DNA of 63,875 nt, filler included, from Atractiella rhizophila (GCA_021432655.1; 7 parts of 7 records of this genome joined end to end with filler, not necessarily neighbours in it); one strand, 5' to 3'; shown: positions 49,520 to 62,440, counted from the whole stretch's first letter. The notes: generated from the letters alone by a model not told the origin. A program made the numbers and translations.

Positions 49520-50829
49520 ATGTCAACTGCCGTTTTGCCTCAAATTGACTTGACTGTTCTGAACTGGATGGATCCCAACTATCTCATCAACTCGACCGCT
49601 CACAACCACCACAACGAGCTCCATCAGTTCCAGCGGAGCAATAACGAGCTCGATAGGTCGCGAACGGTTTCAGCGGAAGGAATCCCTTTTACACACCAAC
49701 CAGTCCATCATCAGTTCTCCGCTGGTCAACAGCAACAGTTCCAATCCCCCCTTCTTCCGTCGACAGAGTCACAGTTCCCAGTCCAAGTAGTGGAATCGAG
49801 TTTTTCGAACGGTTTCAGGAAGCCGCAGTCCCTCGCTTCGGCAGTGGGTCTCTACCAGACAGGACCATCGGAGGACCATCCTCGCCACCAGTTCCCTCAG
49901 CGTCAATCTTTTGATCGATATTCGAGTCAACATTCTTTTTCTCCTGAGATGCAGCAAATATCGAATAATCACATCCACGCCACCCCTCATCATCACCACC
50001 ACCACCATCAATCTTCATGGGACTCGAACGACAGCCGTGCAGCAGCTTCTCTAGCAGCCATTCCAATCATGCAATCTCATCCACCCGTCGGCCTTGGAAT
50101 CGGGTCTCCTTTTCATCAGCACCATCCTGTTCATCCCGAAGCTCATTTCGTGCACCATCTCGAGCGCTCCTCCTTCGGGATTCCCGCCCATCCCTACGTT
50201 ATCGCTAATCCGACACTGCCAGCAGGATACATGGTAGGAGAAGTTGGAGTCAAGTCTGGAAATGGACAGAACGGAGCAGGGAGCTCGAAACCGAAAAAGT
50301 TGGCGATTGCTTGCCATTTCTGTCGGTTCGTCCACAGTTCCACTCAATCAAGGAAAAAGCCTGATGTTCTGGGATTCTAAACAGTAAACGGAAGATGAAA
50401 TGTGACGGTGGACGTCCTACGTGCATTCAATGCATAAAGCGAGATCAAGCGTGCACTTACGACTTGGTTCCTCGTATGCGTGGTCGAGGGAAGAAAAACA
50501 TCGCTGCTGAGCAGGCTCGACTGAAGGCACAACAGGAGAAGGGAACCACTGAACGAGAAGGCGAAGGCGGTTCATCAGATAGTCATTCAGATACACCATC
50601 ACCTCTCCCGAACTCGAAGGATTCGAGGGACTCTACTGAGAAGACAATGACCTCCTCACTCAGACCTAAAGTGGAGGTGAACGAAGTCCAGCCACCGAGG
50701 AGTTTTTACCCTTCTTTCCGAGCAAGCGCGGATTCGGACGAAGTTGTCTATCCCAACCCTTCCTACCCCCATTCGACGCCTTTTATGGTACCAGATCATC
50801 GTAATCAACCTCTCAACTTCCCATATTAA
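49520..50829 (+). CDS. Zn(II)2Cys6 transcription factor with His/Gln-rich N-terminus
   Basis: IACHFCR|KRKMKCDGGRPTCIQCIKRDQACTY across one intron. All six Cys present. Confidence 0.92.
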
Positions 50830-53097
50830 GAGTTCGTTTCCTGCTTCCCCACATCGAGTTCATAGCTCATATCGCTGGATTAGCACAAATGTGAAGTTCG
50901 ACCGTTGTACAGAATTGACTTCTCTCCTACTTTCCGTCCTGTAGCATAGATTTCCTCTCTCTTTTCATCTTTAAGTTCAGTTCAGTCGTTCAATCCCGTC
51001 GTGTCTCAAACGGACTTCCTTTCCGTCCGCTTTCCTCTTTTGATCTCGTATTCGCAAACATCTCAAGAGCAAATCTTCGAAGTCTTTATTCCCATCACAA
51101 ACGCATCATGCTTCACAATCTTATTCCTCTCCTTCTACACTTGCTTCTCTCATTTCCACTTCAACAACAACAATCTCTTTGCCGATGAATCCTCCAAGTT
51201 GATAAAAGTAGTACTCGGATTCGTTGGATAATCTGTCTGGGCTTTGGCATCCAATTGAATTTTCTGGACTCAGGTTCCGTGTAGATAGAGAAGTACTGCT
51301 TGACCTGTATTTCCTTTCTTTCTTTCGAATGTCGCTTGCTAAAATCAAAGAAGAAGAAAGCATGCCGAATACTCTTCTGTTTAATATGTTTTGCATCGTT
51401 CTTTCTTCTGTCGATTTTTAACAGCTTACATTCCTACCTCGTATATCTCGATTCTCTTTTCATAATCACCGTTTGAAAGCACTTGTTGTTGATTTTGTCA
51501 GTGGGTAGAACTGAAATGTAACCGTCATCCACCCAAACGACAGTAGTCTTGTGCACTCAGGATAGACAATCACAAATCACCACTGACCTTCCGGCGTTTT
51601 GTCAAGGTTGTCTCTCAGCTCAGACTCTGAGTCTGTATCGAGCGAGCATTTGTTCTGTGAGAGAGATAGAACCACGGAGACTTTCTTCTCTGCTTGCTTC
51701 ACAAAGGCTAGAAAGCAACCAATCTTTCGAACAACGTGAGTAACTGGAACCAAACCGCGCCATCCTCCAATTCTACGTGGACAGGATCCACTCTTGCGCA
51801 CATAAGCGTTTATCACGAGACCCCGGCCTGCGGTGGTAAGAAGTATCAGGAGGGAGAAGGGTTCTGTTTGCATGCAGAACTAATCAAATTGAAGTTCTCA
51901 CAACAGCAGTGGAGCAGAGGGAGACGGAAGAGGGTGTACAACCCGGCTATGCGGAAGGTTCGCCGCGGCTTCTGGATCTCAACTTTTGAGCTTGTTTTAG
52001 GGCGCGTTTACAAATCGGTTCAAGAATCATTAGTACAACCTGTGGTGGATGCTCAGCGATCGTCATCCTGTCGTGCTTTGCAGAAGCGCGACACTCGCGT
52101 GGTTCCACACTCCCCCATGCATCGGTACGAAGCAGACAGCTTTGCGGATTGAGAGGCGCTGAATGCAGAGCCCAAATGATATAATTATGGTTGTGAGGGG
52201 CAGCGAACAGAAAAAAAGGCCTTCATTATCTTTCGAAGGCTGGAATCACCACTGAGTCTGACTTGAGCGCCTGACCAGGGAACGCAGCAGTTTCAGGTTG
52301 AGAGAGGTTTGTGCGTGCCCTATTCCACTTCGATTCTTGCATATTTTTTTTTTGAGGTGTGTGTTCATTCGTCGGATTCTGAGATCTCTTCTTCTGCACA
52401 ACACAAAGAGAAGCATCACTAGGATCAACAGTGTAATAACTGGATTTCAACCACGATTCTCTGCCACACCTGACTCAAAGAATGCCCTTCTTTTGCCTTC
52501 TGCAGCAACCTTCATGTGGTATGCGTATGCGACAGAATAGACAAGGTGCTCAGAAATATCGATCAATTGATACAGACCACTAGTAGAATCAACCACAAAC
52601 AAATTATCGTCCCACACACATCCACAAATCCTTCCAGACGTATTCGCTTCGATAAGTCCTCTAATCATATAAAGCACAATTGGGATCGATCATGTCCATC
52701 TCAAATAAAGTGAAAGCTGGTGAAATCTTTAGCATTCTGTCAGCTCCATACTTCTAGACTTAACTATGGGCTATTTCTATTTTCTTAAATCCTCCGGTCC
52801 AAGACGTAGCAAAATGAGGCCTAACGGCACTCAGGCACCGGAAAATAGGCTCACTGATAAATCACGAATTTTGATCCTCTAACAGCCGTATTATTATCAT
52901 GTTCTAGCATATCTGGGCATGCACCTCCCTACTCCTTCTCCCTTCCTCCGAAATCCTTTCGGTTAAAGTCCTGAATGTAAGGGGCTCTCTATCACTGTTG
53001 GAACTGGAAGGGAGCACGACACAGCGCTAACATGGACTGAAACTTGACTTCTAGGTTTGATCCTGCTGAAACCCCACATGTGCAGCTTTTTCAGGCC

Positions 53098-53197
53098 NNN
53101 NNNNNNNNNNNNNNNNNNNNNNNNNNNNNNNNNNNNNNNNNTTAATTAATTAANNNNNNNNNNNNNNNNNNNNNNNNNNNNNNNNNNNNNNNNNNNN
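53098..53197. other. Artificial contig linker
   Basis: 44 N + TTAATTAATTAA + 44 N. Confidence 0.99.
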
Positions 53198-55304
53198 AAA
53201 CAGTCTTCGATAATAGTTGAAAAGGTGATGTGTCGCAATAGCCTCGCTTTCTTCGATTCCCACCCACCCAGTTCTTCGATCGTGTTTTGTCTGCGTAAAG
53301 CCTCCACTTTCCGAACGACGGAGCGATTAATTTCTGACGCTTCTTTAACTTTTCCTAATCCTACATCATCCGCGAATTTTGGGTAATCTTACTTAGAAAT
53401 GAGAAAAGGGACGAACGGTGTAAGGTGATCTCGAAGTCAAGCGCCATTGCCACGCTTTCAAGGTCAGGTTCAGAATTCAGAATTCCGGAGTCGTGGAAGA
53501 CCCTACTCACCCATATCAGCCAGCTATTGAATGGTGGTAAGCTGAACACATACCGAATGGCCCGTTCAGCTAGCGTGTTCACCGCCGATCGTCTGGATAT
53601 GGAATATATTACCATGTCACCGATAAGTGTAGTCTTTTTCGGTGTTTTCATAGACACAATGGCTGGATGTCTGAACCGAACCAAGGCCATTTGTTAGTCT
53701 CTTACGAAATTAACGGAGGACAACCTACCCAGAAGTACTGGCGCCGCTAAGCAGAAGAGTTGACACCAGCAACTGTGCATTTATCAGCCTCATTTACATC
53801 AATGGAGGCGAAGAACTGAAAGGGAACCGACCTCTCCATACTTGCCCATAGATGTCGGCTCTCTCCCTCTCCACTGAAACTCCCTAACCGTCTCCCAGTC
53901 AAATAGGTCATTGACCAGTCTGAAAGGATTGGACGCCAATGCTTCTTCGATCAAATGTAACCCCAAAGAGCCTTCTATTGATTTGGTAGAAAGACGTTCT
54001 TCGGTGGACGTGACAGCCGGCGCGCTGGGCCCTTGTTAAGTCCCATGCATTAGAAGGAGGTGGAGCTCACATGTATGCAGGTGGGGCGGAAGGTGCGCCG
54101 CGCTCATTCTTGCGCCGTTTAAAGACACATCTGTGACAAGGAAGAGAATGAACACGGAAAGAGAGGAATCAAGCAGGTTGCCTACGGTATACCACGCTGT
54201 GTGCAGAGGGTGCAAAATGGCGGATCGGTGTTGTGTACTCGAATGCACCTGTGCAAATGGACAAGTCAGCTCCACTGCAAGTCACAGATTGTTGGTAATA
54301 GATTGTAGAAAAATACAGAAACTATGTAGCATGTGCTACCTCTTACTGCCCAGAAAAGCTGTGCGACAATGGCGATGGTCTAGTGAAGATTGACGACTTT
54401 TTCCAGAAATTACTGGAAGCCCGCCGTCTTTAGTTGACTCAGGGCTGATTCAAAAGTTGCTCTCTCCTACTGGTAAGTCAATACATTTCATTCGTTGCGA
54501 TGTAATGAGAGGACTCAGAAGTTTAGCATGGCTGTTGCTAGAGTAATTCCATTTGTCGCGGCATCGGGATATGATAGGGTCATACAAGTAAAGGAGAATC
54601 CGCTGAAGTTTTGTCTCAAGAATGTGAATTTGACTTCTATGGCCGGGAAACACAGTCGAGTTGTGACGCAGGAATGAATCCAATTCACTGGCAGCTGGAG
54701 CAGAAAGCCACATTTGTGCATCCCTTGGATTCTGGAGAGTACGAGAGCCAGGGGACGGCCGAATATACCACTGTGGGTACAAAGTATTCAATCGTGAAAG
54801 GTAACTAGATTCATGTCTCGGAAAATTAAATGAGAATGAAAGTGCTTGCTGACCCGAGAATCGCGACGCAACGCTGCGTTAGGTCTTGTAGGAGTCATGA
54901 CGTAGCTAAGGTAATCACAATTGACAGCTTTAGAAGAAAAATAAGGTAGATAGGAGCGCTATCAGCGTTCATCGGCTAGTCCGACATTGTTTCTTGGACG
55001 GACATTTACACCTTGCTGACTGCCTCTTGATCCACCTCCTCATCACACTTCAAGCAAAAGACAATTTCGATAAAATTTGAGCGGTATTGAACGTAGAAGT
55101 GACAAATGACACGACTTACTTCCTCTTCATGCTCCGACATGCCTCGCAGGCATAAACAATCGGTTTCCCCTGTCCCCTCTTCCTCTTTGCGCCACCTATT
55201 GTCACCTCAGTCACTTTATAGACATCTCCTTTGTCACTACTGCCACTCGCTAACACTATCGTATGAGAATCACTCTCAGGAGAGGTCGAAGAGTCAGTGG
55301 ACAT
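53198..55304 (-). CDS. Zn-cluster-type transcription factor, multi-exon, possibly degenerate, 3' end at contig edge
   Basis: Exon 1 ends YACEACRSMKR. Later exons give RCK|SVNCDY and a helical middle region (HPAIVS..RRSAVNTLAERAIR|VFHDSGIL). Some junction phases are unresolved. Confidence 0.6.
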
Positions 55305-55756
55305 GATCGTTTGGTGGTGGTGTCACTATTCCGCCCGCGGAACCACAAAAAATGAAAAATGCGGGACTCGAACCCGGGCAAGAACCAGCTGGTATATAGA
55401 GCGCCTTGCCCGAGAACTCAGTATCTTTATGCTCGGGCACGCGTCATATCCAGTGAAGCTGAGCTGAGGAGTGACCATTTGCTAATTGCAAACTACCCAT
55501 CCAGATCCTCTTCTTCAACCTCCGTGTTAGGAAGGAATTTATGGAACCCTTGCGGGATCTTTGTTTTTAAGTTTCTGATAACACAGTCCTTTTGGTTTCA
55601 CTGGCGAACCGGAGGGACAAGAGCACGAACTCGTGTTTATCTGAACCTTTGCTTGATCTCATTTTGTCACTTGTGTTGTGCATTTTCGATCATTAATCGA
55701 ATATAAGTAGATTAATCCTGCGTGAAATGGATTGCGAAGATTCAGTTGCAAGTACA

Positions 55757-58700
55757 CTATCTTCGCTTTGAAAGAGCTTTCAGCGCAAGCGCCTCCAAAT
55801 CTGCGTCCTCCTTCGCTTTCCGCTTCTTCGCTACGCGTACCAGGTCATCATCAGCGTCCTTCTTTCGCTTCTTTTCCCGCACAGGGGGTAAAGGTTCTTC
55901 GGTCCACGGCTCCATGTCCTCCGGTGATGGTAGTCGTGGTGCCTGTTGTCCACCGTCAACGTAAAGAAGGGAAAAGAAGGGAGGGCTCCATACCATATCA
56001 ACATCATCCTCCATGTCTTCCCGTCGCCTCCTCTTCTGTTTCTCCTTCTTCTCACGCTTCTTCATCTTCGCCACCATCCGATCCTCCACATCCTCTGTCC
56101 TCAAATGCTCCCTTTCCGCCTCCACAAACATCCTCTCTAACTCATCCTCCTTCCCATCCACCATCTCCTTCCATTTCTTCTCGCTCTGTATCTTATACAC
56201 ATCCGTCGCCTCCCCTGTCTCGTCATCGAATACAACCTTGGTTCCCAGCCCTCCTTTCCGCAACTGGGCTCTCTTGGAATGGGCAAAGCGCTCCTGACGC
56301 TTCGATATGTGATCAGAGGCTGGAAGGGAGTCTGGAAGCTCGTGATCTCGCCGTTTGATGACCATGAAATCATCGTCTTCCTCGCCTCCACCATTGAGAT
56401 TATCAGGTGACGATCGGTCGATGATCTTGTTATAGTGCTCCGAAAGGACCCCTTGATTCTTACGAGCGAACATCCGATCGTACTTCGTCTTTGTCTTCTT
56501 CGCCTCACTTGGACCTGCTTCCTTTTCCTCTTCCCCTTTACCTTCGTGCTCCGACACCTCGCTTTCGCTTTCACTTTCATCCGCGACTTCAACCTCACTG
56601 TTGCCCTCCACGTCCTCTTCGGCCTTCTCCTTCCCCTTTCCGTTGACGGGCCCCTTCAAAGCGGCCACGGTCCGACTCTGGTTCTTCTTCTGACTCGCCA
56701 CGCCTTTCCCTACAAACTTGATTCTCGGCGCGCCAGCGAGACCCAAGGATTTTGCGAACTCTTCGAGAGGGAGGGAGTCGAGGGAAAAGACGGTTTTGTC
56801 TTTCTGAAGGTAGATCGACCGCACATAGGAAATGAATGCCTAAATCCAATCTCGTCAGCTTATCCACACAGACCAGGTATCGGGAGGTAGAGACAAAGAA
56901 AGCGGAAACGCACGCGCTGAGCGAGGAACTTGACCTCTGGAAACTTGAACAACACCCCTTGAACCTTCTGCGTAACATCAACAACCTTATTCTCCTTAAT
57001 CTTGATACTCTTCATCTCCTCCCACATTCCCCTCTCCTCCAACCTCTTCCTAAACCCTTCTTCCTCCCCAGGTGTCAACATCAACAACGCATTCCCCGCC
57101 TTCCCTTCCCCCCGCGCAGTCCGTCCAACTCGGTGGATATGCGTATCCACATCTTCCGGACAATCCGCTTGTACCACCCAATCGACCGAAGGGAAGTCCA
57201 GGCCGCGGGAAGCGACGTCAGTCGCGAAGAGACAGGAGTTGGAGGAGTGCAGGAAGCGTTCGTAGATCGACAAACGGGTGGCGAGCTTCTGCTTTCCGTG
57301 TAAATGGAGGAGAGAGACGCCGGGACGCATGTGGCGGAACGTCTCGTAGACAAAACGGACCTTTTGCACCAAAAAGCATCAACGCGAGGCAGGGAGAGAG
57401 TTTTAGGAAAGACGGACCTGTTTGCAGGATGAGAGAAAGACTAACGTCTTACTTGTTAAGTGACTCTTAACGAAACCCCACAGCACGTCGATTTTCTTCT
57501 CTAAACCAACAACCGTATATCTCTGCTGTATACTTTTTGGGATCCCCACTGCAACGGAACGGTCTCCTTCATCATCCTTCCCTTCAACGATCCGATCATC
57601 CGCTTTATCCCTCACAGCAACATACTCCGGATCCTTCAGCGACAACTTCGCCAGGTCCTTCACGCGCTTTGTCTGCGTAGCAGAGAACAAGAGCGTTTGG
57701 CGAGGCGATGTTCGTGGGAGATGTTCTATGATCGCCGTAAGAGTAGACTGGAAACCCATATCCAATAACCTGTCCGCTTCATCAAGTACTGGTTGCCCAT
57801 CTTCAGCGTCCGACCTTGCGTACGGATCGGAAGAGAACGCACCTAAAATCATGAGATTGGCGACGTCAAAACCGGCCGTCTGGTCCAGATGTTGTAACAA
57901 TCTTCCGGGGGTACAGACCAGGATGTTCATCTTTCCTAGGCGTGCTTGTTCTTCCTCGAGACTCTTCCCTCCTATCAGCAAGCCGGCGGAGAAATTGTGG
58001 AAGCGTCCAATCTGGCGGAGAACGTCGAATATTTGCATTGCCTGTAGGTGAAAGAGTTAGATGCTGGTTCTGAGACTCATACACGAAGAGTAAGATGAAT
58101 TGCTCCACAATAATGACATGATTGAACATGACACGATGATTTGTTCAAAATTTATGACCTGTCGTATGAAAAACGACGAGTGGAAGATTCTGCTCCAGAA
58201 GATTGCTCTTGTCATAACATTAGAAATGAGGAATAAAACGAGCTCATGCAATTTAAAGATGTTATGACCTCGTAAATGGACATTTAGCCACATCGTTGTG
58301 TCGGACGGCTGTACCATAATATGATGCCAGCCAGCTTTAAACTGACTTAAGAAGCAAGCTGATACTACTTGAATCAAGAAGAGAAGAACCCTTTGATTGC
58401 ACATTACAAAGAAAAAAAGCTCACCAACTCCCTCGTCGGACTCAAAACCACAGCCCCAACCCCATCCTCCCTCGCCCACTTCTCCCTCCACAGCCTCTCC
58501 AAAACAGCCACCAAAAACGCGACCGTCTTCCCACTCCCCGTCCTCGCCGCCCCCAACACATCCTTCCCCTTCAGCGTATACGGCAACGACGCCGCCTGAA
58601 TAGGAGTTGGGGTTTTGTAGGAGGAGGCGGCGAGGCCGCGAAGGGTGGGAGGGGAGAGAGGGATCGTGGAGAAGGCGCTCGGGAAGGGCGTGTCCGGGAG

Positions 58701-58790
58701 AGAGGCGACTTGGGCCCAGAGACTGGAGGGTGTTGTTGGCGTGCGTGCGGCGCCTTTTTCTGCTTTTTTTGCCTTGGGACGGGGCGCCAT
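55757..58790 (-). CDS. DBP4: DEAD-box RNA helicase Dbp4 (DDX10 orthologue)
   Basis: [68 protein letters not shown]-terminal [19 protein letters not shown]. Confidence 0.95.
58139..58272 (-). ncRNA. Candidate intronic box H/ACA snoRNA
   Basis: Inside DBP4 intron 1, same strand: hairpin (10-bp perfect stem), H box AGAGCA, second hairpin, ACA. Pocket 1 is complementary to an 18S rRNA segment recalled from memory (see finding). Confidence 0.4.
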
Positions 58791-59282
58791 GATCGATCGC
58801 TGGAAGCGAGGCAAAAAATTATGGGTGGATGTTCAACTAACTTTAGTGGAACGGGACTACGTCATCCGCAATAGATTTGTCTTGTGCAAGGCACGTTGGA
58901 AGGCTCCAGAGGATGGAACTGGTTAGAGCACAGGTTAGAGAACGTTAGAGGCTGAGGCAGCGTTAAAGGCGCTCAGTCGAGCTAGGAACAGAGAACTTCT
59001 TCACCTGGGTACTCGGGATGATATACGCAGTGACATTGAGCTTTCAGAGGATAATACCAAGGGTAAGTATATACGCTATAACTACATTTTCGACCAGCAA
59101 CTACGAAAAACTATTTTCAATTTTGGTAAGGAATGGACGAGAAGTCGAAGATAAGATGATAAAAGGACAACAGCAGAGAGTCAACCACACCACACCACAC
59201 AATTTGCGCTCAACGAAAGACTGAGAATGTCCACAAACACACAACACGAAAGAATCGAATCAATGAATCAAAAAATATCACA

Positions 59283-59840
59283 TCACATCAACATTTTTCC
59301 CTTCCCCTTCCTATCCCCGACCGTCTTCCTCTCAACTGTATGAAGGAGGGCGTTACCCAAATTGAGCGGCAAGAAGATGAAATACATGACTCCCCTCTCA
59401 TACCACGCCCTATGCACACTCTCCACCTCCTTCTCCAACTCCATCATCCTCTTCTCCAACAACACAAACCGATCCTCCGCACTCAACCGCAGATACTGTT
59501 CGCTCTTCTCTTGTCTCCTCACGACCCCTCTCACGCCCTCCAAGCCCTCCCTCAAGCCCTCCAAATCCCGTCTCCCAATCACACTCGACCTCAACGCCCT
59601 CTCCACCTTCTCCACCCGTCCCTTAATCTCCTCCACCGACCCCGGGTCGAGCCTCGCCTCCTCCTGCCACTGTTTCGTGCTCCCCCGGAGCAAGCTGACG
59701 AAGTGCGAGAAGGGCCGGATGGAGGCGGCGAGGCAGAAGAGCTTCAGGCTGCGGCTGGAGAGGACGAGGGAGGTGTCGGAGAGGAGCGAGGGCAGGAGGC
59801 GGGCGAGCAGCCAGGTGCCGAGGAGGGGCGAGACGAGCGT
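59283..59840 (-). CDS. 3' part of a hypothetical membrane / coiled-coil protein
   Basis: Frame open from the contig edge: TLVSPLLGTWLL..LFCLAASIRPFSHFVSLLR, a coiled coil, then hydrophobic YFIFLPLN. Confidence 0.6.
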   Translation of the reverse strand, partial: TLVSPLLGTWLLARLLPSLLSDTSLVLSSRSLKLFCLAASIRPFSHFVSLLRGSTKQWQEEARLDPGSVEEIKGRVEKVERALRSSVIGRRDLEGLREGLEGVRGVVRRQEKSEQYLRLSAEDRFVLLEKRMMELEKEVESVHRAWYERGVMYFIFLPLNLGNALLHTVERKTVGDRKGKGKMLM

Positions 59841-59940
59841 NNNNNNNNNNNNNNNNNNNNNNNNNNNNNNNNNNNNNNNNNNNNTTAATTAATTAANNNN
59901 NNNNNNNNNNNNNNNNNNNNNNNNNNNNNNNNNNNNNNNN
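59841..59940. other. Artificial contig linker
   Basis: 44 N + TTAATTAATTAA + 44 N. Confidence 0.99.
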
Positions 59941-61677
59941 TGCTTCAAGCAGATATCTGCCACAGTACGAACGATACCCCACCCGTTTGCGAGGTTGACG
60001 TTCATCTGTCCCGCGAAATCGCGAGCTTTGTACCATTGTGTTCCGAGGATTGTATGTCTGGAAGGATCGCGGAAGTTGGCTCTCGAAACATACCTTCACG
60101 CCAATACATTAGCATTAGCGTAGCGGTCTGAAGAGTGATGCCTACCCAATCTTCATCTGCTCCGCTCCGGCAAGGATACTCTGAACCGCCCAGCGCGCAA
60201 GCTTTGAGCTATTGTTCTTCATCTCAGTCGCCACGACAGCACCACGTTGAGAGTCAAGCTTCGTCCTCCAGTCTGGGGCTCCACCGCTTCCAACGGCTCG
60301 GGGGTCGAATTCATTTAATGCGCGAATAGTGATAAAGCTATCTTCTCCATCCGCTGCTCCCGTGCCACTACCCTTGAGGACAGCATCGACTTCCGTCCTC
60401 ACGACAAGTCCCACGTCCTCGTTCTCGGTGATGCTGAGATCAAACCGTCGATACCTGTATCCACAGGACGCGGCTGGTGCAGGCTCGTCTTCTGAATAAA
60501 ATGGGTTCGGATTCTCCATCTCTGTCATGCTGTCCTCCTTGACCACTTGCCAGGCGAAAGTTTGGTTGAGGTAGGTTGCCTCGAGAGAAAGAGCAGAGCT
60601 GGTATTCATGCCATCTTTATCACTCGTTTCTGCAGGAGGTTCACCCGCATTCTCATTGACGGACCAAAAGTCGAGGGCACCACCTTCCCGCTTGTCGATG
60701 AACAGCTTCTCCCCTTCGCGTGTGAGAACAAGATCCCAAGGGTAGACGGTTCTTGTGCAGCACATGATGAGGGACAGGATAGAGTCGGTAACAAAGATCT
60801 GGCCACGGTCTTTGGAGGCGAGAGATTGTATAATGGGGTCGTCGGAAGTGGTGGGATTGTAGCGCATGCGCTCTGTTGCTTGAAGGGGACGTTCGGATTT
60901 GGTGTTGACTTTGTCGTATGTGCGGTCATACTCGTAGAGGAACCCGTGAGACGATCTTATCCAGAGAGGTCATTCGCATGTACGCTCTTAAGGAAACTAA
61001 GGGTAGGACGCACATTTCTTCGGGTTCGACGGTATCGACCTCCAGCCTCAGTTTCGTCAACCTCGAAAACTCAATCTCCTCCAACATCTGCCAGTCATGA
61101 CCAACTGTCACACTGCTCTCTCTCGCGCTCTTATTCTCGTAATCCTTCCATCCGAACCGTCCACCTCCTCTACCTCTACCCCTTCCTCCCATGCCTCTCC
61201 CGAATCCACCACGCTGTCCTCCACCTCGACCACCCATAGGTCCTGATCCTCGTCCCCTTCCTCTCCCGCGTCCCAATCCAGGGGCTCCTGCAGCACCTCC
61301 ACGCTTGGTTGCTCCTCTGCTGCCATCTACAAGAAGGAAAGACGACTCGTCCTCTTCGTGGTAGTACGCAAAGGTCCCAGCAGCTGCACTTCCGTATGCA
61401 TCTCTCCCTTCTCTTCCATATCTTCCCTGCCTTCGCCCTCCCTGGCGTCCTTCGTTGGCAGCTGAAGTATCGGCATTCCAATCGACAACTCGTCCTAATT
61501 TGTCTGATTTGGAGTACGGGGCATATGGGATGCTACGATCGATCATCTGTCAGTTCAGGCAGCTGCGCTTGGAGAGACTCACTCTTTAAACTTCTCTGGC
61601 GTGTCTTTTGATGGTCCCCAGAGAGGCTCAGCGCCATCAGTGTCCTGTATCGAGTCTATGAGAGCCAGCAGCGACAT
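59941..61677 (-). CDS. EIF3D: Translation initiation factor 3 subunit D, 3' end truncated
   Basis: IPYAPYSKSDKLG, RGG-rich segment, YNPTTSDDPII, LNEFD, DWRTKLDSQRGAVVATEMKNNSSKLARW. Confidence 0.96.
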
Positions 61678-61818
61678 GTTGGTCTGGTGGGAAATTTTCA
61701 GTGAATGGCGATATTTGTCGCATAACACGTGCGAGATGCGTGACAGAAACAACCACGTCCGACACCAAAACCAGCATTCAGCATCACCATCTCATCTTAG
61801 ATCCTGCAACCGCAAGCA

Positions 61819-62296
61819 ATGGCACCACCAGCGAAAGATCCGATGTCTGGCCATCCAGGCCATTTGACCCCCGAACAGGAAGAGATACTCGCCAAATTCA
61901 AGGAGGAACTCAAGGCGGAGGGATGGTATGATCCCGCCATGCATGATGACAATACCCTCCTGTACGATTTCTTCTCTTCCTCAATACACATGGGCAGCGA
62001 AGTGACGAACATGTGCAGACGGTTTTTGAGAGCGAGAAAGTTCGATCTTGCGAAATCGAAAGCAATGTTCATCGACAGCATGAAGTGGAGGAAAGAATTC
62101 AAGGTCGACGAGCTTTACGAGAACTTCAACTATACCGAGAAGGAAAAGGTCATGGAGTGTCAGTCCTTTCCCTCTCTCTGACCTCACCTGTTCAACCTGA
62201 ACTGCAGTCTACCCGAGATTGTGAGTCCGGTCTCCCGTCCTTATTTACGGCTGCCAATAGTCCTTCCTCAGCTACCACAAGACAGACAAAGTTCGT
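61819..62296 (+). CDS. SEC14: Sec14 / CRAL-TRIO lipid transfer protein, 5' portion
   Basis: GHPGHLTPEQ, DDNTLL|RFLRARKFDLAKSKAMF..WRKEF, YP..YHKTDK. Confidence 0.85.
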
Positions 62297-62396
62297 NNNN
62301 NNNNNNNNNNNNNNNNNNNNNNNNNNNNNNNNNNNNNNNNTTAATTAATTAANNNNNNNNNNNNNNNNNNNNNNNNNNNNNNNNNNNNNNNNNNNN
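62297..62396. other. Artificial contig linker
   Basis: 44 N + TTAATTAATTAA + 44 N. Confidence 0.99.
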
Positions 62397-62440
62397 GGGT
62401 ATAAAGGGTTAATCTGCACTGTTGGGAATGACTGGTCATT

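Noticed and set aside
51549..53097. Short ORFs and a TGTAAGG LTR-like start at 52976
   Set aside because: No recognisable domain or coherent splice model, and too little sequence before the contig end to support an LTR.
55347..55460. tRNA gene
   Set aside because: T-arm/B-box present but no acceptor stem, D-arm or anticodon arm. Kept only as a finding.
14312..62396. Six identical TTAATTAATTAA palindromes within N runs
   Set aside because: Synthetic six-frame-stop contig linkers. ORFs containing X and gene adjacencies across them are artefacts.
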